DNA from: a virus
Lineage: Duplodnaviria > Heunggongvirae > Uroviricota > Caudoviricetes
Reading direction: 5' to 3' (one strand)
DNA length: 37,504 nucleotides
Virus record (IMG/VR): IMGVR_UViG_649989947_000021
The notes beneath the pieces were generated by a model. The model searched no databases. It was not told the origin of the DNA and was given only the letters and a program-made list of their open reading frames with translations. This document shows positions 36,218 through 37,504 of the stretch, piece by piece. Every line of letters begins with the position of its first letter. Position 1 is the first letter of the stretch. The position numbers and the translations under genes are program-made.

Positions 36218-37504
36218 ATGAGTAACGCATCATACCCGACAGGCGTTGAAAACCATGGAGGATCACTCCGTATATGGTTTCACTATAATGGCAAACGTGT
36301 CAGAGAAAACCTCGGTGTTCCTGACACAGCCAAAAACCGGAAGATCGCTGGTGAACTTCGCACTTCCGTTTGTTTTGCAATCAGAATGGGGAGTTTCGAC
36401 TACGCCGCGCAGTTCCCTAATTCCCCTAACCTGAAACACTTTGGTCTGGGAAAAAGAGAGATAACCGTTAAGGCACTTTCGGAAAAATGGTTGGACCTTA
36501 AGAAAATTGAGATTTGTGCGAATGCACTTAACCGTTACCAGTCAGTAATTAAAAACATGTTACCAATGTTAGGTGAAAAAAAACTGGTTTCATCCATAAC
36601 AAAAGAGGATTTACTTTTCGTAAGGAGAGATTTGTTGACCGGTTACCAAAAGCTTTCTAATGGAAAGACTTCTTCCATAAAAGGGCGCTCAGTGGTCACG
36701 GTAAACTACTATATGACAACCATAGCTGGAATGTTTCAATTTGCAACAGATAATGGTTATACCTCAGGAAACCCATTTAACGGTCTGGCTCCCTTAAAAA
36801 AGTCCAAGGTAAAACCAGATCCTCTCACCCGTGACGAATTTATTCGTTTTATTGAGGCTTGCCGTCATCAACAAACAAAAAACCTGTGGATTCTCGCTGT
36901 ATACACGGGTATTCGTCACGGGGAGTTGGTATCGCTGGCATGGGAAGATATAGACCTTAAAGCAAGGACTATAACCATCCGTAGAAATTATACAAAACTT
37001 GGCGAATTCACTCCACCAAAAACCGATGCAGGCACCGGAAGGACAATTCATCTGGTTCAACCAGCTATTGATGCTCTTAAAAGCCAGGCGGAAATGACCA
37101 TGCTTGGAAAGCAACATTCTGTAGAGGTGAAGCAGAGGGAATATGGGAGAACTGCTGTGCATAAATGCACTTTTGTTTTTAGTCCTCAGGTAACAAAACA
37201 GCAGCAGTTGTCCGGACCTCACTACAAGGTTGACTCCATCAGGGAGTCATGGACAAGTATCTTAAAACGCGCAGGTCTGAGACACAGAAAATCGTACCAA
37301 TCCAGGCATACTTATGCATGCTGGTCACTTGCCGCAGGAGCTAATCCTAGTTTTATCGCAAGCCAGATGGGCCACACAAACGCACAAATGGTATTCAATG
37401 TTTACGGAGCATGGATGAAAGACAACAATCACGAACAGATAGAACTCCTTAACAAAAGACTATCTGAAAGTGTCCCATGTATGCCCCATAAGAAAGTTGG
37501 GTAA
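36218..37504 (+). CDS. int: tyrosine site-specific integrase
   Basis: 428-aa ORF with C-terminal catalytic-region motifs (...RHTYACWSLAAGANPSFIASQMGHTNAQMVFNVYGAW...); stop codon is the last 3 bases of the window. Confidence 0.9.
   Translation: MSNASYPTGVENHGGSLRIWFHYNGKRVRENLGVPDTAKNRKIAGELRTSVCFAIRMGSFDYAAQFPNSPNLKHFGLGKREITVKALSEKWLDLKKIEICANALNRYQSVIKNMLPMLGEKKLVSSITKEDLLFVRRDLLTGYQKLSNGKTSSIKGRSVVTVNYYMTTIAGMFQFATDNGYTSGNPFNGLAPLKKSKVKPDPLTRDEFIRFIEACRHQQTKNLWILAVYTGIRHGELVSLAWEDIDLKARTITIRRNYTKLGEFTPPKTDAGTGRTIHLVQPAIDALKSQAEMTMLGKQHSVEVKQREYGRTAVHKCTFVFSPQVTKQQQLSGPHYKVDSIRESWTSILKRAGLRHRKSYQSRHTYACWSLAAGANPSFIASQMGHTNAQMVFNVYGAWMKDNNHEQIELLNKRLSESVPCMPHKKVG

Noticed and set aside
1-37504. 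CRISPR arrays, rRNA, or prophage attachment sites
   Set aside because: No spaced direct-repeat array or rRNA-like sequence was seen; the window starts inside stf and ends exactly at the int stop, so attL/attR lie outside it.

Overview
Almost the entire window is a single lambdoid prophage of an enterobacterial (E. coli-like) host, cut at both ends (side tail fiber at the left edge; integrase stop codon is the last base at the right edge, so no att site is visible). Gene names are assigned from the translated ORFs by recall of lambda, phage 21 and IS10 proteins; no database search was possible. Late genes run on the minus strand from high to low coordinates: Q-like antiterminator, an IS10-disrupted AT-rich accessory gene on the opposite strand, a phage-21-type lysis cassette (pinholin S, SAR endolysin R, Rz/Rz1), a putative cos site, terminase small and large subunits, W-like protein, portal, a protease-capsid fusion, then a lambda-like tail module (Z, U, V, G/G-T, H, M, L, K, I, J, lom, stf). 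Early-right genes are also on the minus strand (cro-like, two unknowns, SF2 helicase, toprim primase, one unknown, Q). On the plus strand are cI, a PL-like promoter, and an AT-rich early-left operon of about 15 small genes ending in a putative xis and int. Things worth a second look: an intact IS10 with 9-bp target duplication splitting a roughly 306-aa unknown gene between Q and S; a tRNA-like pseudo-element next to it; single-base frameshifts in homopolymer runs in both J and M (real decay or sequencing error); a constrained non-canonical G-T slip site; a HigB-like toxin remnant inside a GC-rich patch; and several unannotated micro-ORFs with strong ribosome-binding sites. I found no CRISPR array, rRNA or canonical tRNA.
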